Shown in pieces: positions 49,589 through 59,500 of a stretch of DNA of 64,000 nucleotides; positions within the stretch are counted from its first letter, which is position 1, and each line of letters opens with the position of its first letter. The DNA comes from a virus (Duplodnaviria; Caudoviricetes). The notes under the pieces were generated by a model that saw only the letters and a program-made list of their open reading frames with translations, made no database searches and was not told the origin of the DNA. The stretch is taken from IMG/VR virus record IMGVR_UViG_3300001528_000425, positions 32,001 through 96,000 of that record, one strand, 5' to 3'. The position numbers were made by a program, and so were the translations under genes.

Positions 49589-49633
49589 AGTTGTTAACTC
49601 CTTAAATTGTATAAGATGGAGCCTATGTCAAAT

Positions 49634-50131
49634 TCAATCTACGAACTCACATACGGAGATTCCGGTATCATTCACCCATTTCCGATATTCATCCATCGAG
49701 CATCCTGCTTTTGGTGATCCGTTTAATTTCAGGATCTCAATCAACAGAGATTTGTCATTATGAATCATTTCGATGTACGACATCAATGAATCGTATATCT
49801 CTTCATATGATCCGTAAGGTCCGAGTAATCCCTGGAGTGGAGCATTCCCACAAGAATAAATGAACAACTCACCTTCCTGTTGAGCAATCAGTACAGTCAG
49901 GAGAGGTTGTACTTTAAAGTTGCCATTTAAGACACGAACCGCATATTCGGTGCACTCATAGTTGAGCATACGCAGAGCGATCTTTGCATAGGCCGTCTTC
50001 TCCCAGACGATTGCTTTCCTGGATTCTTCAAGTTGATTTGGTAATTGGAACTTGAACGAATCACCCTCCCAACCATTCGGAATGGATTGCAGATATCCTG
50101 TCAATTGATTCACGGATGCAAAGTCTTTCAT
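49634..50131 (-). CDS. Hypothetical protein
   Basis: 165 aa, ggag RBS. Confidence 0.7.
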   Translation of the reverse strand: MKDFASVNQLTGYLQSIPNGWEGDSFKFQLPNQLEESRKAIVWEKTAYAKIALRMLNYECTEYAVRVLNGNFKVQPLLTVLIAQQEGELFIYSCGNAPLQGLLGPYGSYEEIYDSLMSYIEMIHNDKSLLIEILKLNGSPKAGCSMDEYRKWVNDTGISVCEFVD

Positions 50132-50298
50132 AACATCTCCAGGTGTGTTTAAAGAGGTTGTGACCGGTTACGTTGCTATCCACAGAATAGGTGGTGTTTC
50201 AGAATAAATGCAAGCGTATACGGCCATTAAATCAGGCTAAATAGAGATAATAAAGAATCTCTATATAATCGTCTCTAAACAAAAAATAAAGAGAAAGG

Positions 50299-50332
50299 TA
50301 GGATAGAGAGCGATCATTCGCTCTCTATCCTA
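50299..50332 (-). terminator. Intrinsic terminator
   Basis: taggatagagagcga/tcgctctctatccta plus T-tract. Confidence 0.75.
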
Positions 50333-50338
50333 GTCGAT

Positions 50339-50635
50339 TCAATCATCGTCTTCTTCATCGTCCATCTCATCCGGAAGATCTTCATCTTCTTCAGATGGAT
50401 CGTCCTCAACTTCATCATCATCTTCGATCGAACCACACAGGTTCGCTTCAGCGATTCCGCGGGGAGTGAGTAAATTCACGGCAGGGCCGTTGATCCCATC
50501 ATCGGGTTCGCTGTCGTCGTCTACTCCCAAGAACAGACAATCAGGACAGATGTCCGTATGCCGGTCTTCCGGATCAGGGTATTCGACTTCGGGTTCGAAG
50601 TACTCCTGACATTTGTTACAGATAGCCATTGTCAT
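50339..50635 (-). CDS. Small zinc-finger protein with a highly acidic tail
   Basis: CNKC...CPDC, D/E-rich C-terminus; aggag RBS. Confidence 0.8.
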   Translation of the reverse strand: MTMAICNKCQEYFEPEVEYPDPEDRHTDICPDCLFLGVDDDSEPDDGINGPAVNLLTPRGIAEANLCGSIEDDDEVEDDPSEEDEDLPDEMDDEEDDD

Positions 50636-50737
50636 AGCTCCTTATATAAGTTGTTGTTTAACCTAAGTGTAGTATGGTGAGGGAGAAATTAAAAGTTACA
50701 CAGAAGGTAACGCTCTCTGGCGTTACCTTCTGGATTG

Positions 50738-50995
50738 TCATTTGGGAGATAATGGTGCAAGAAATGGCACATGAGTTGTTTTCGGGGCACAGTAATGCTT
50801 ATATCCACAACAACGACAGTATCTCCATTTTGGCCCACTGTCGTGATCACAATCCAAATGATTGATGATAAATACGGTGTATAACACCAGAATGATAAAC
50901 ATTAGAATAGCCGCGAAGAACCAATCTGCCACTCTCGTAGGAATTCGCGTACACGCGATCCTCCAAATTATCTTCCAAATATGTTTGATGTCCAT
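50738..50995 (-). CDS. Small membrane protein with a C-terminal Cys/His motif
   Basis: TM segment, CDH...YCRCCG; aggagg RBS. Confidence 0.65.
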   Translation of the reverse strand: MDIKHIWKIIWRIACTRIPTRVADWFFAAILMFIILVLYTVFIINHLDCDHDSGPKWRYCRCCGYKHYCAPKTTHVPFLAPLSPK

Positions 50996-51081
50996 GACAT
51001 GCCTCCTTATATACTTGAGAATTTCATTCTCTTACATATCATGGCGCGATTATAAGCTTATTTCTGAGCTTATCGTGGACA

Positions 51082-51627
51082 TCAAAACGAATCGATCGAT
51101 ACAACAACATCGCTGTTAGCAGGGACATTCACATCTCCATACAATTCGCATTCATGAAGAGGAACGCCAGCTTCTTCAAAAAGATCAACCGCCTTCTTAA
51201 GCAAGTTCCTCCAATCATTCTCTCCAACGTTAACTGGAGGTTTCTTACCGATCGGTTCCCTCAAATAGTAAACTTCAGATACACCAGCTTGGATCAGTGC
51301 TTTAGCACATTCCAAACATGGTTGGAGAGACACAAAGGCAATTGCGTCTTGTATCCTGACTCCCGATGCAGCCGCTGAAGCGATCGCGTTCATTTCGGCA
51401 TGAGCCGTAAAGAAGAGTTTCTCTTTACGTTCGTATCTATGCGGTACTATATTGGGATCATCTTCGATCCTTCTGGGAAATCCATTGAATCCTGTGCTGA
51501 GTACTCGATGACTGTCTCTTGACACCAGCACGCATCCGACTTTGGTTGTATCTTTGCTCTTGGACGCCGCCAACTTAGCCATGCGAAGGAAGTAGACGAT
51601 CCATTGTTGATTCGATTTAATGTTCAT
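51082..51627 (-). CDS. dCMP deaminase
   Basis: KVGCVLV, TGFNGFP, HAEMNAI, PCLECAKALIQAG. Confidence 0.93.
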   Translation of the reverse strand: MNIKSNQQWIVYFLRMAKLAASKSKDTTKVGCVLVSRDSHRVLSTGFNGFPRRIEDDPNIVPHRYERKEKLFFTAHAEMNAIASAAASGVRIQDAIAFVSLQPCLECAKALIQAGVSEVYYLREPIGKKPPVNVGENDWRNLLKKAVDLFEEAGVPLHECELYGDVNVPANSDVVVSIDSF

Positions 51628-51663
51628 GATAATTCCCTCCTTTATATTTAGTGGTTCGTAGTT

Positions 51664-51671
51664 GTAATATA
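51664..51671 (-). promoter_or_regulatory. Early promoter core TATATTAC
   Basis: GTATATATTAC-N5-CGAA upstream of dCMP deaminase. Confidence 0.65.
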
Positions 51672-51684
51672 TACTTCGAATACA

Positions 51685-52098
51685 CTAGAATTCCTGTACA
51701 TCCAGACTTAAATGAAGATTAAGCCAAGCTGCTACCAAATGTCGATGACAGAATGATCCTGGTTTCTCGTAGCACAGCAGTACCATATACGGAACATGAA
51801 ATCCTTGTAAGGTAGCCAATGCGTCCTTCGGATCTAGTTGATCCATAACCTCGAGTCTGAATCTTGCAGTGTACCGATCTTGGTTCCCTTTAAACACTGG
51901 ATCGTATTTGTATTCGTTTAAGATCGATTTGGAGGGAGCGAACATAGGAAGCGAGGTACCTTTAAAACCTTTGGGTGGTATTCGCATGATTCCAAACAGA
52001 TGTTGATCAGAGAATATCTCTCTGGTAATTGGATTGAATAATTCAGGTGATGTCTTGATTTTCTTAGCCAACGCCAAGTATGATGTGTAGATTTGCAT
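51685..52098 (-). CDS. DUF488-family protein
   Basis: IYTSY, APS, LLCYEKP..FCHRHLVA motifs. Confidence 0.8.
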   Translation of the reverse strand: MQIYTSYLALAKKIKTSPELFNPITREIFSDQHLFGIMRIPPKGFKGTSLPMFAPSKSILNEYKYDPVFKGNQDRYTARFRLEVMDQLDPKDALATLQGFHVPYMVLLCYEKPGSFCHRHLVAAWLNLHLSLDVQEF

Positions 52099-52151
52099 AG
52101 TAACTCCTTGTAGTCCACAAAGTATCTATAACAATTGTAAACAAATAAGAG

Positions 52152-52187
52152 GTACTAGGGAGTGGGTTGATACCCACTCCCTAGTAC
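52152..52187 (-). terminator. Intrinsic terminator
   Basis: gtactagggagtgggt/acccactccctagtac. Confidence 0.7.
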
Positions 52188-52188
52188 G

Positions 52189-54096
52189 CTAGCGTACGTC
52201 TTTGATCTTGATGCCGTATCGTTTCTCGAGATTTTCTACAAAGCCTTTCGGCACGACATGAAGATTCCCCATGCACAGTTTGTAGAATGCTCCGATTCCG
52301 ATATGAAGCAGCTTAGCAAGCTCTATAGATTTGATATTCTTGTTCAGTGCTGTGATCAACTTGAGAAGTTCACAGGAACCATTCTCGTCGATCACTGTAC
52401 GCACGATCGCAAGTTCTCGCTCTGATGGAATATTCTCAACCGGAACTGTCATCGAAGGTTCTGGCTGTTTCCGTTCCATCGGCTTTGTTACCGATTTGGT
52501 CGCAGTGACAGCAGATGAGCCTATCGTGAGGTTGAATTTCTGCTTAAGAATGCTAGTACATTTCTTAAGTGAAATCCCCTCACGCTTGTATTTAGCAAAG
52601 GTGCTGTAACTAACACCTGCCATCTCGCAGAATGGTCGAACTGGTATTCCAAGTTTGTCAATATAGTCGTATAATTCTTGACTCGTATTGAAGTGTTTGT
52701 TTTGAAACGAAGAGACGATAACCTCCTCACGTTTCTTCTGCAACTCTTTGGTAACTTTGAATCTACCCATGCAGAACAATTTACTGAATTCCCCTTCTTT
52801 CTTGTCAGTGGAAGAAGATTCTTTTACAGCAACCTTGACTCTACCTTTCTGCCAGGATGGAATATCCTGAATGGGAGGAAATCCCAGAAGTTCGTGGATA
52901 CGTACTCGAGATACATAGCACGGACTTTGTTTACGATGGATTTGAGCCATCGTGATATCTGGAAATCCGAAAGCCAGACTGGCTCCAGTGAGATTGACCT
53001 TCTCCTTCACCATCGCAGCCACAAGATCGTAGGCATCTTGAATCCCTCGTTCTGCCGCAAATTCCTTCAAACGAATAACGAACCATTTGGTGTAGTCATT
53101 GTTGAGGAAATTGTTACGGAACTTGGTAGTCATCGAGAAATCAGCCAACGTATACTGGCTATAATCAACACCGAGCTCACTTTTGGCTTTCACGCTATCG
53201 AGTTCTTCGACATGTAAAATTTCTAGCTTGGCATCCTCTATCGTACACATATCGCTGATGCGTCCGCCGTCTTTCACCTGTTTGATTTGCCAAGACGGGA
53301 CTTGAAGCATCAGCGACAGTTTGCTATAGGGAATCCCATGCTTGTCGATGAGGTCCGTAAATGCTTCTTGGAAGGTTTTGTATGACTTTCCTTTCATCCA
53401 TTCCTTGAAGGCTTCAAACGAAGCCGTGATGTTCTCTATAGCAACGCGACGTCTGAAGACTTGTTCCAGTGGCGTGCTTTTGGACTTACGTTCCTGTCTG
53501 ACTGCAGTCTTTCCGAATAGCCGTTCGATCTCAGCTTTACGACTTTCCTCTTCCTTATCGTATTCCGGGGAATAAGGATTTCCTTTACCGAAATACATAT
53601 TCCACTGTTTCATCAAGTATGGATAATCTTCTACGTGCTCGAGCTGCTGAACGTCAATGTCACTCCATTCGATCGCTCTGTACACTACGTGTCTGGAGAC
53701 ACCATTTGCAGCCAACATTCGTATCTTGTTGACTACGGATTCAGCGGCTGGATACTCGGCCAGGATGCGATTGGCCCAGATGAAGAACATTCTCTTACCA
53801 ACATCAACCTGTTTATCACCAGCCATCTTGATCTGGTAATTACGATATTGGATGTCGGTGTCATCTCTGATGATCTGAGAGATCTTATCGATCACTTTAG
53901 TGGTAGGTGTGTTCGTTGGAGGTTCTGGTTCTTGTTTAGTGCGAATAGATTCTTGTGGAGCTTCCGTGACGAACTTTCTTTGGATGACAGCAACTTCCTT
54001 GGTCTCGAACATCGTCTTAATCAAGTTCCTCAGGGCACCCAACATATCTAAGTCGTTAGACTTATCCTTCGTCTCGAATTCGATTCGTATTCTCAT
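52189..54096 (-). CDS. Multi-HTH DNA-binding protein
   Basis: Several XRE-like HTH units (IPYSKLSLMLQVP; IPVRPFCEMAGVSYSTF; IKSIELAKLLHIG). Confidence 0.65.
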   Translation of the reverse strand: MRIRIEFETKDKSNDLDMLGALRNLIKTMFETKEVAVIQRKFVTEAPQESIRTKQEPEPPTNTPTTKVIDKISQIIRDDTDIQYRNYQIKMAGDKQVDVGKRMFFIWANRILAEYPAAESVVNKIRMLAANGVSRHVVYRAIEWSDIDVQQLEHVEDYPYLMKQWNMYFGKGNPYSPEYDKEEESRKAEIERLFGKTAVRQERKSKSTPLEQVFRRRVAIENITASFEAFKEWMKGKSYKTFQEAFTDLIDKHGIPYSKLSLMLQVPSWQIKQVKDGGRISDMCTIEDAKLEILHVEELDSVKAKSELGVDYSQYTLADFSMTTKFRNNFLNNDYTKWFVIRLKEFAAERGIQDAYDLVAAMVKEKVNLTGASLAFGFPDITMAQIHRKQSPCYVSRVRIHELLGFPPIQDIPSWQKGRVKVAVKESSSTDKKEGEFSKLFCMGRFKVTKELQKKREEVIVSSFQNKHFNTSQELYDYIDKLGIPVRPFCEMAGVSYSTFAKYKREGISLKKCTSILKQKFNLTIGSSAVTATKSVTKPMERKQPEPSMTVPVENIPSERELAIVRTVIDENGSCELLKLITALNKNIKSIELAKLLHIGIGAFYKLCMGNLHVVPKGFVENLEKRYGIKIKDVR

Positions 54097-54275
54097 AACA
54101 GAGAGTCCTTCTGGTATGTGGTTAGCAATAATGCGGATAAAAAAAATAAAGAGGCACTAGGGAGGGCGCTGAAGCCACTCCCTAGTTGCCGAGACACAGT
54201 ATTGGCAAGAGAATCACGAAACTCGTGTTCTTCCTTGCACGTTATCTGCCCTGTGTTATGGCTTACTCACCAAAC

Positions 54276-54740
54276 TTAGGAGGTCTGGTAATTCCAACGA
54301 CCTTTGCCCAACTGAAGAAAGATCTTGTAAACGTAGGTGTTGAAAAGCTTCCGATTCCTTGGAATTAATTCGTGAGGAAAATTGGAAGTCAATATTTGGT
54401 TCAACTGATCGATTTTACCGTGAGGAATATGCTTGCAGTTACCAAGCATCGTCTTGAACTCCGCTTCCTCCCAATCATTGGCATACGACAAGAACATGAC
54501 GGCACGCAATGACTTGTTCGGCATCTCCTTGTTATCGAGTGCTTTCTCAAGAGCCGCGGCGACAACGATGTAGAGAGAGTCAGGATGTTCGTGGATGTCT
54601 CCCGTTGTCAACTCGCCAGTCGAAGTTGAGGCAACGTTCACGATGATTTGCGGCGCGCCAGCGTGACACCCGATCACAGTCACCACGAGATACAAGATGC
54701 CCGTTAGTAATAAGTAACGCACAATTGAGTTCCTTTTCAT
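54276..54740 (-). CDS. Putative secreted/lipoprotein
   Basis: Signal peptide with VIGC lipobox-like site. Confidence 0.65.
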   Translation of the reverse strand: MKRNSIVRYLLLTGILYLVVTVIGCHAGAPQIIVNVASTSTGELTTGDIHEHPDSLYIVVAAALEKALDNKEMPNKSLRAVMFLSYANDWEEAEFKTMLGNCKHIPHGKIDQLNQILTSNFPHELIPRNRKLFNTYVYKIFLQLGKGRWNYQTS

Positions 54741-54773
54741 TAATGAGCTATTTGGTATGTTGATTGATTTGTT

Positions 54774-54993
54774 ATTCTATTGCTTCCTGTTGACATTCAG
54801 TATTAACCATCCGGACTTCTTGGCAGCGTCAACGTTCCGGACTACCACCGGGAGACGATCGCTTAAATGAGCGTAAAGGATCGTCTGTATATGACAACTC
54901 TACATGTTACCATGTAGGTGGACTCTTTGTCATACCCGGTGGCACGCGTGAGAGAAGCAGGTAGGGCGCTCTCTCACATCGGAAGAGTAGAAT
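54774..54993 (-). ncRNA. Multi-branched structured RNA (~220 nt), unassigned
   Basis: At least six nested stems fill the whole intergenic gap; GUAA tetraloop on the minus strand. Confidence 0.65.
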
Positions 54994-55028
54994 CATAAGT
55001 TACATAAAATGTAGCTGCTTATAATTTC

Positions 55029-55793
55029 TTACAGATCCGATGTTTCGTCCTCTTCTTTGTGATCATCGGATAATTTCCTCGCTTCGCTGAATAGTTCGAA
55101 TGCGACATTCTCCAATTGAGAGATATACGGGGGAAGAACTTCCCAGTTGTTTTCTCTCAGGTTGAAATCGTATTTAGGTTCCTGACCTAAAACGAACTTA
55201 CCACGATCGAGTATCGTCATGTCGATCTCCCATTTCTTAGCAAGTGCCTCATGGAAGATCTGCGTAAGAGTCGGAGTTAGCAGATGGTTGGGTCCTCCGT
55301 TGAGTAAGAGAATGGCTATGTGCCAAATGATGGTACCGATGAAGAGTTTGTCATCGGCATCCAAATCACCTGTAACTTTCGTTACTTGCTTCACATACCA
55401 TTCATCCGCCTGTTGATCGAGATCCGTGATCACTTGAGATGTTCCAGCGATCTCTCGCTTTCGCATAAGCATGTACTCTCTCTTGACATCGAACGCCAAT
55501 CGATCGATGACATCGGACGTCAGCTGAACGATATCCGGAAATACTTCCATAACTTCGTTCAACTTGATCAGCATATCGCCATATTCGTTAGACGATATCA
55601 CTGGCTGCCAGCCAATGTCTTTACATTTGACATAGATACAAGATCTCATCGTTCCAAGTATCGTACGTCTGGCATGTTTTACCAATACGTAATCACCGTC
55701 ATTACATGTTTCATCGATCGTGAGTAAGTCCTTCAACTCATCGATCTCGTGTACATCCAACATCTTGGCGTTTTCCCATGGGAAATGTTTCAT
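55029..55793 (-). CDS. Hypothetical protein
   Basis: 254 aa, aggag RBS, early-like promoter at 55829-55836. Confidence 0.75.
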   Translation of the reverse strand: MKHFPWENAKMLDVHEIDELKDLLTIDETCNDGDYVLVKHARRTILGTMRSCIYVKCKDIGWQPVISSNEYGDMLIKLNEVMEVFPDIVQLTSDVIDRLAFDVKREYMLMRKREIAGTSQVITDLDQQADEWYVKQVTKVTGDLDADDKLFIGTIIWHIAILLLNGGPNHLLTPTLTQIFHEALAKKWEIDMTILDRGKFVLGQEPKYDFNLRENNWEVLPPYISQLENVAFELFSEARKLSDDHKEEDETSDL

Positions 55794-55847
55794 ATCAGTC
55801 TCCTTAGTTTGTGTATGGCATCACTATTGTAATCTATGTGTGAAAGA

Positions 55848-55882
55848 AGGAAGAGATGTGCTATTGTAGCACATCTCTTCCT
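55848..55882 (-). terminator. Intrinsic terminator
   Basis: aggaagagatgtgcta/tagcacatctcttcct. Confidence 0.7.
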
Positions 55883-55916
55883 GTAGGTGATTGTGATTCT
55901 ATCAGATCTCTTCGTC

Positions 55917-56498
55917 TTACTTCACTTGATAATCCTCATGAGGAAGCATGGAGAAAACCATTCCCTTAACGGGTATTTGAATGGGTTGGTGCTGATGCTT
56001 GGGAGGAATAACAGTGACATAGTAGATGATCGGACGGCGGTTGGTATGTTCCCATTTAGTAGCATGCTTGCCGGCATCATCCGTGGAGAGTTCAACCTGA
56101 ACATCTCCATAGTTCGGGAACACGACCTTAAACATGTATCGGATGCATCCGTTCTCATCGCGATCCCCGTAGCGACACTGATCCACTACATGAATGGGAT
56201 AGCTTTTGCCATTGAAAACAATGGTGTCGGTGGACAACTGATCAAATCCACGGAACACGGATCGATGTAATAACATGGACCCGAAATCCTGATGAGTACG
56301 GTAATTGCAACCATTCAGATAGTTCCTGATCTCAGGAACTTTCTTGAAGTTCTCGAGTGAATCGCGGATATTCTTCAGCAACAGATTCAGAACCATATTG
56401 CCGTATTCCTTGCGCTCGAGGTTAGCTTTGGTTACTTGGTTGATGGGTTTGGTGGTGGTTAAAATACGGTTGAAGAGAGATCTGATAGAAATTGCCAT
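55917..56498 (-). CDS. Hypothetical protein
   Basis: 193 aa, aggag RBS. Confidence 0.7.
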   Translation of the reverse strand: MAISIRSLFNRILTTTKPINQVTKANLERKEYGNMVLNLLLKNIRDSLENFKKVPEIRNYLNGCNYRTHQDFGSMLLHRSVFRGFDQLSTDTIVFNGKSYPIHVVDQCRYGDRDENGCIRYMFKVVFPNYGDVQVELSTDDAGKHATKWEHTNRRPIIYYVTVIPPKHQHQPIQIPVKGMVFSMLPHEDYQVK

Positions 56499-56527
56499 AC
56501 GCCCTGTTCGCTCCTATATTGGGCTGG

Positions 56528-56938
56528 TTAATGAAGTAAGACGAAACGACCACTTGGATCGTTCTGTAACGAATACCACCAAGATTGGATGACATGTTCC
56601 CAGATGTCATATCGATCGGCAAGTCCACTGCCGATCTTGGATACTAGAAACACAGTATCATCCGGAGAGTTCTTGACGAACTTCTCAAATTTTCTCACTT
56701 CAAGGTTGAAGATAGGCCAATACTCATCGACTTTGAAGGGATCTCGATCTTCACGTCGCGGTTGCTTCTTGGTAACAAATCCGTACGTGTTGGGGAGGTG
56801 TCTCAATGCGGCTGCCCCTCCGGTGCCTTTATGAAGAAGATTGTCTCCATACACGAAGATCCAATTAGGATGCTCTCGCAGAATTTCTTCCGTTACTTTC
56901 AGTGCACCGTTTGACAGCAATGCCAAAGTTTGATCCAT
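56528..56938 (-). CDS. Macro-domain-like protein
   Basis: FVYGDN...GTGGAA and SKIGSGLA glycine loops resemble macro ADP-ribose-binding loops. Confidence 0.55.
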   Translation of the reverse strand: MDQTLALLSNGALKVTEEILREHPNWIFVYGDNLLHKGTGGAAALRHLPNTYGFVTKKQPRREDRDPFKVDEYWPIFNLEVRKFEKFVKNSPDDTVFLVSKIGSGLADRYDIWEHVIQSWWYSLQNDPSGRFVLLH

Positions 56939-56977
56939 ATGGCATACACTCCTTGATAATAGAGATTGTGTGGATAG

Positions 56978-57011
56978 AACGATAGGAGCGATACGAGTCG
57001 CTCCTATCGTT
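56978..57011 (-). terminator. Terminator after the gyrA-like gene
   Basis: aacgataggagcga/tcgctcctatcgtt. Confidence 0.7.
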
Positions 57012-57016
57012 ATTTG

Positions 57017-59266
57017 TCATTTGCTCGGTGTCCAGATCTCGCTCCGTCTTGCGTACGGGACAAGTTCCTGATCGCCGATAAGTTTCCTGGTAAGCTGCAG
57101 TCTAAGGCAGTTCCCTGGTTTCACGAATTTGGTTACATCCGGAAGATAGACGTGTCTGACCGGACACCGACTCCTGACCAGATCTGGTACAGAGAACATG
57201 ATCGGTCGATTGGCATCATAGATACCGATTACCTTCCAAGTCCCAACCACGATCTTTGTCAATTTCCCAGCCTTACGGACACGATCGATCTTGATCGTAT
57301 TCATCTCAGCTGTATTACAGTGGATCACAACATAGTCGTCAACTTCCAAAGGATCAACGAAGCACACATCCTGGATGGCCATCCTGGAAACATTGGCTCC
57401 TTTGCGCACGATATCCGCGGTAACAGGGATACGTTCGACCGTCCCTTTCTTGTGAACCACAAGGAAATCGTTGACAACAGGGATGATCTCAGCATCATCA
57501 GATCCTCGCACTGCCAATCCTTCCAAAGCATAAATGCCGTTGTTCCGGAAAACTACAGTATTCTTTGCTTTGTGATTCAACCGATAGACACCAGTTGCCT
57601 TGAACTGCTTCGGATGCTCCACAGGCATATCCTCTTGGATACCATATTCGTTGGTAACATAAGTACGGTTGAGCGCCGTATAGAGATGGATGTCAACATT
57701 GTCAACACCGAATGCTTTAATGAGTTCGTCGAACTCACCCATCTCTTCCACTTGGGTATAACCGGTTCCTTTGTATCGTACATATCCCTTGTAGGAAGGT
57801 ATGATGCACTTGCGCGGGAACCTCGGACTATACTTGGCATCGATCGCCTTCACCTCTTCGATGATCTGTTCCGGGATCTTCAAGAACCTCTGCTGGAGTT
57901 CCTTGATATCAGCAGATACCTTCTTACTGCGCTCAACGAGTTTGTCCTTACCTTCACGGGTAAGTTGACCGAGCTGTAAGCTGACCAGGAACTGCGCCTG
58001 ATAAACTGTAAGAGCTTGATCTTTGAACGCTTTGCATAGACGAAGGATCGCTTCGTCGTCAGATTTAGAAGAGTTGATGATCTGGTAAACTTTATCAGAA
58101 TGTCCTGCAACAATGATCTTAGCCATCAGCTGACGATATTCCAGAACCAAGTTCACCTGTTTGATTTTCAGCTCTCCAAGGATCGCACTGTAACGTTCCG
58201 TGTACCAAATGTTCAGCAGATCAAAAGGATTTGCCTTAATCATCTTGTCATGTTTATCCATGAACAAAGGACAAGGTTTCCAGGCTTCAGAGAATCCACA
58301 TGCCTTCTTCAATTCAGCAAGTACATCGAACGGGTTCTCACCTCGACGTAATGTGAACACAAGATTCCCAATGGATTCTCCATGGGTCTTGCCCGCATGA
58401 TCATCGACAGAACTGAAATGCTTGGTAATAAATCCGTCTTTCTCTTTCTGAGCATTGCCCAGTTTCAAGAAGATCTTCATCAAGTCTTCACCTGGAGCAA
58501 CCGATTGGATGGAGATCGTCGTTGGGGTGATCTTCAAAGTACCATCCGTAACGATCTTACAATCAAATTCTCCTTTCCTGTAGGCGGATACCAATTCGTC
58601 TCGATTTCTGATCGTACAATACGACGGGAAATCTGGAACCAAATAAGGTACCAATGTGTGGAGCTTGGACTGCCAGTTGGAAGTCGAAGTTCTTAACTCC
58701 ACATACTTCCGCGTCAGTTGACAAAGAGAATGGATATCGAGTGCCGATATATCCGTCTTGTATCCGATACCGATACCGAAGGTACCGGCCATCAGGGCAT
58801 ACGGAATAACCGGGACGAAGTACAACGGTTCCTCTCCTTCATCTGTTTCACATCGAACATAGACGAGTGTTCGAAGGTTGATGTTATTGAAGAACACATC
58901 TCTGGCAAATTCAGCCGAATGAACGTCGACGTAACGTGCGGCACTCGGTGGTTCTCCAGAATAAGTTCCAACACCCGAATCCGAAAAGATCAGTGGAATG
59001 ATGTTGGAGAAGGGCTGACACATAGTGATGATAGCATCATTGATACTCTGATCGCCATGCGGATGGATAGCACCCACTTGACCACCAAGTTTCACCACCT
59101 TCATCTTGGATGTACCAGTCTTGGCCATCCACAAGATCCTTCGATGGATCGGTGTTAAGCCGTCGATCACCAAAGGTAGTCGACGTTTGATAATGAAGTT
59201 GGCAAACGAACTGATGTTATCTTCGATCGATTCGGATGTCGAAACTTCGCTCTTGTATTCGCTCAT
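57017..59266 (-). CDS. gyrA: Type IIA topoisomerase subunit A (GyrA/ParC-like)
   Basis: RRLP..IDGLTPIHRRIL, HPHGD, SAARY catalytic Tyr, GIGIGY.T, PDFP. Confidence 0.9.
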   Translation of the reverse strand: MSEYKSEVSTSESIEDNISSFANFIIKRRLPLVIDGLTPIHRRILWMAKTGTSKMKVVKLGGQVGAIHPHGDQSINDAIITMCQPFSNIIPLIFSDSGVGTYSGEPPSAARYVDVHSAEFARDVFFNNINLRTLVYVRCETDEGEEPLYFVPVIPYALMAGTFGIGIGYKTDISALDIHSLCQLTRKYVELRTSTSNWQSKLHTLVPYLVPDFPSYCTIRNRDELVSAYRKGEFDCKIVTDGTLKITPTTISIQSVAPGEDLMKIFLKLGNAQKEKDGFITKHFSSVDDHAGKTHGESIGNLVFTLRRGENPFDVLAELKKACGFSEAWKPCPLFMDKHDKMIKANPFDLLNIWYTERYSAILGELKIKQVNLVLEYRQLMAKIIVAGHSDKVYQIINSSKSDDEAILRLCKAFKDQALTVYQAQFLVSLQLGQLTREGKDKLVERSKKVSADIKELQQRFLKIPEQIIEEVKAIDAKYSPRFPRKCIIPSYKGYVRYKGTGYTQVEEMGEFDELIKAFGVDNVDIHLYTALNRTYVTNEYGIQEDMPVEHPKQFKATGVYRLNHKAKNTVVFRNNGIYALEGLAVRGSDDAEIIPVVNDFLVVHKKGTVERIPVTADIVRKGANVSRMAIQDVCFVDPLEVDDYVVIHCNTAEMNTIKIDRVRKAGKLTKIVVGTWKVIGIYDANRPIMFSVPDLVRSRCPVRHVYLPDVTKFVKPGNCLRLQLTRKLIGDQELVPYARRSEIWTPSK

Positions 59267-59465
59267 GAATCCTCCGGTTTGTCATGAAAATTTTACTGTA
59301 TTAAATAGTGTGATTATGTTTAATTTTACCACTATCAAGGTAACCCTACTGCAAAACAATATTTCATTCTATTTTGCACTAAGATGTAAGCTATACGCTA
59401 CTCAATTAGTGGGTTATTTACATTAACGTAATATATGTCCTTTTCTCACATGAAGTATAATAAGT

Positions 59466-59496
59466 CAACTCCACTGACAATAAGTCAGTGGAGTTG
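59466..59496 (-). terminator. Hairpin terminator
   Basis: caactccactgac/gtcagtggagttg. Confidence 0.65.
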
Positions 59497-59500
59497 GTAT

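Noticed and set aside
51082-51627. dCMP deaminase as evidence for uracil-containing DNA (PBS1/AR9-like)
   Set aside because: dCMP deaminase is common in ordinary dTMP supply; no other supporting gene or AR9-type promoter is seen here
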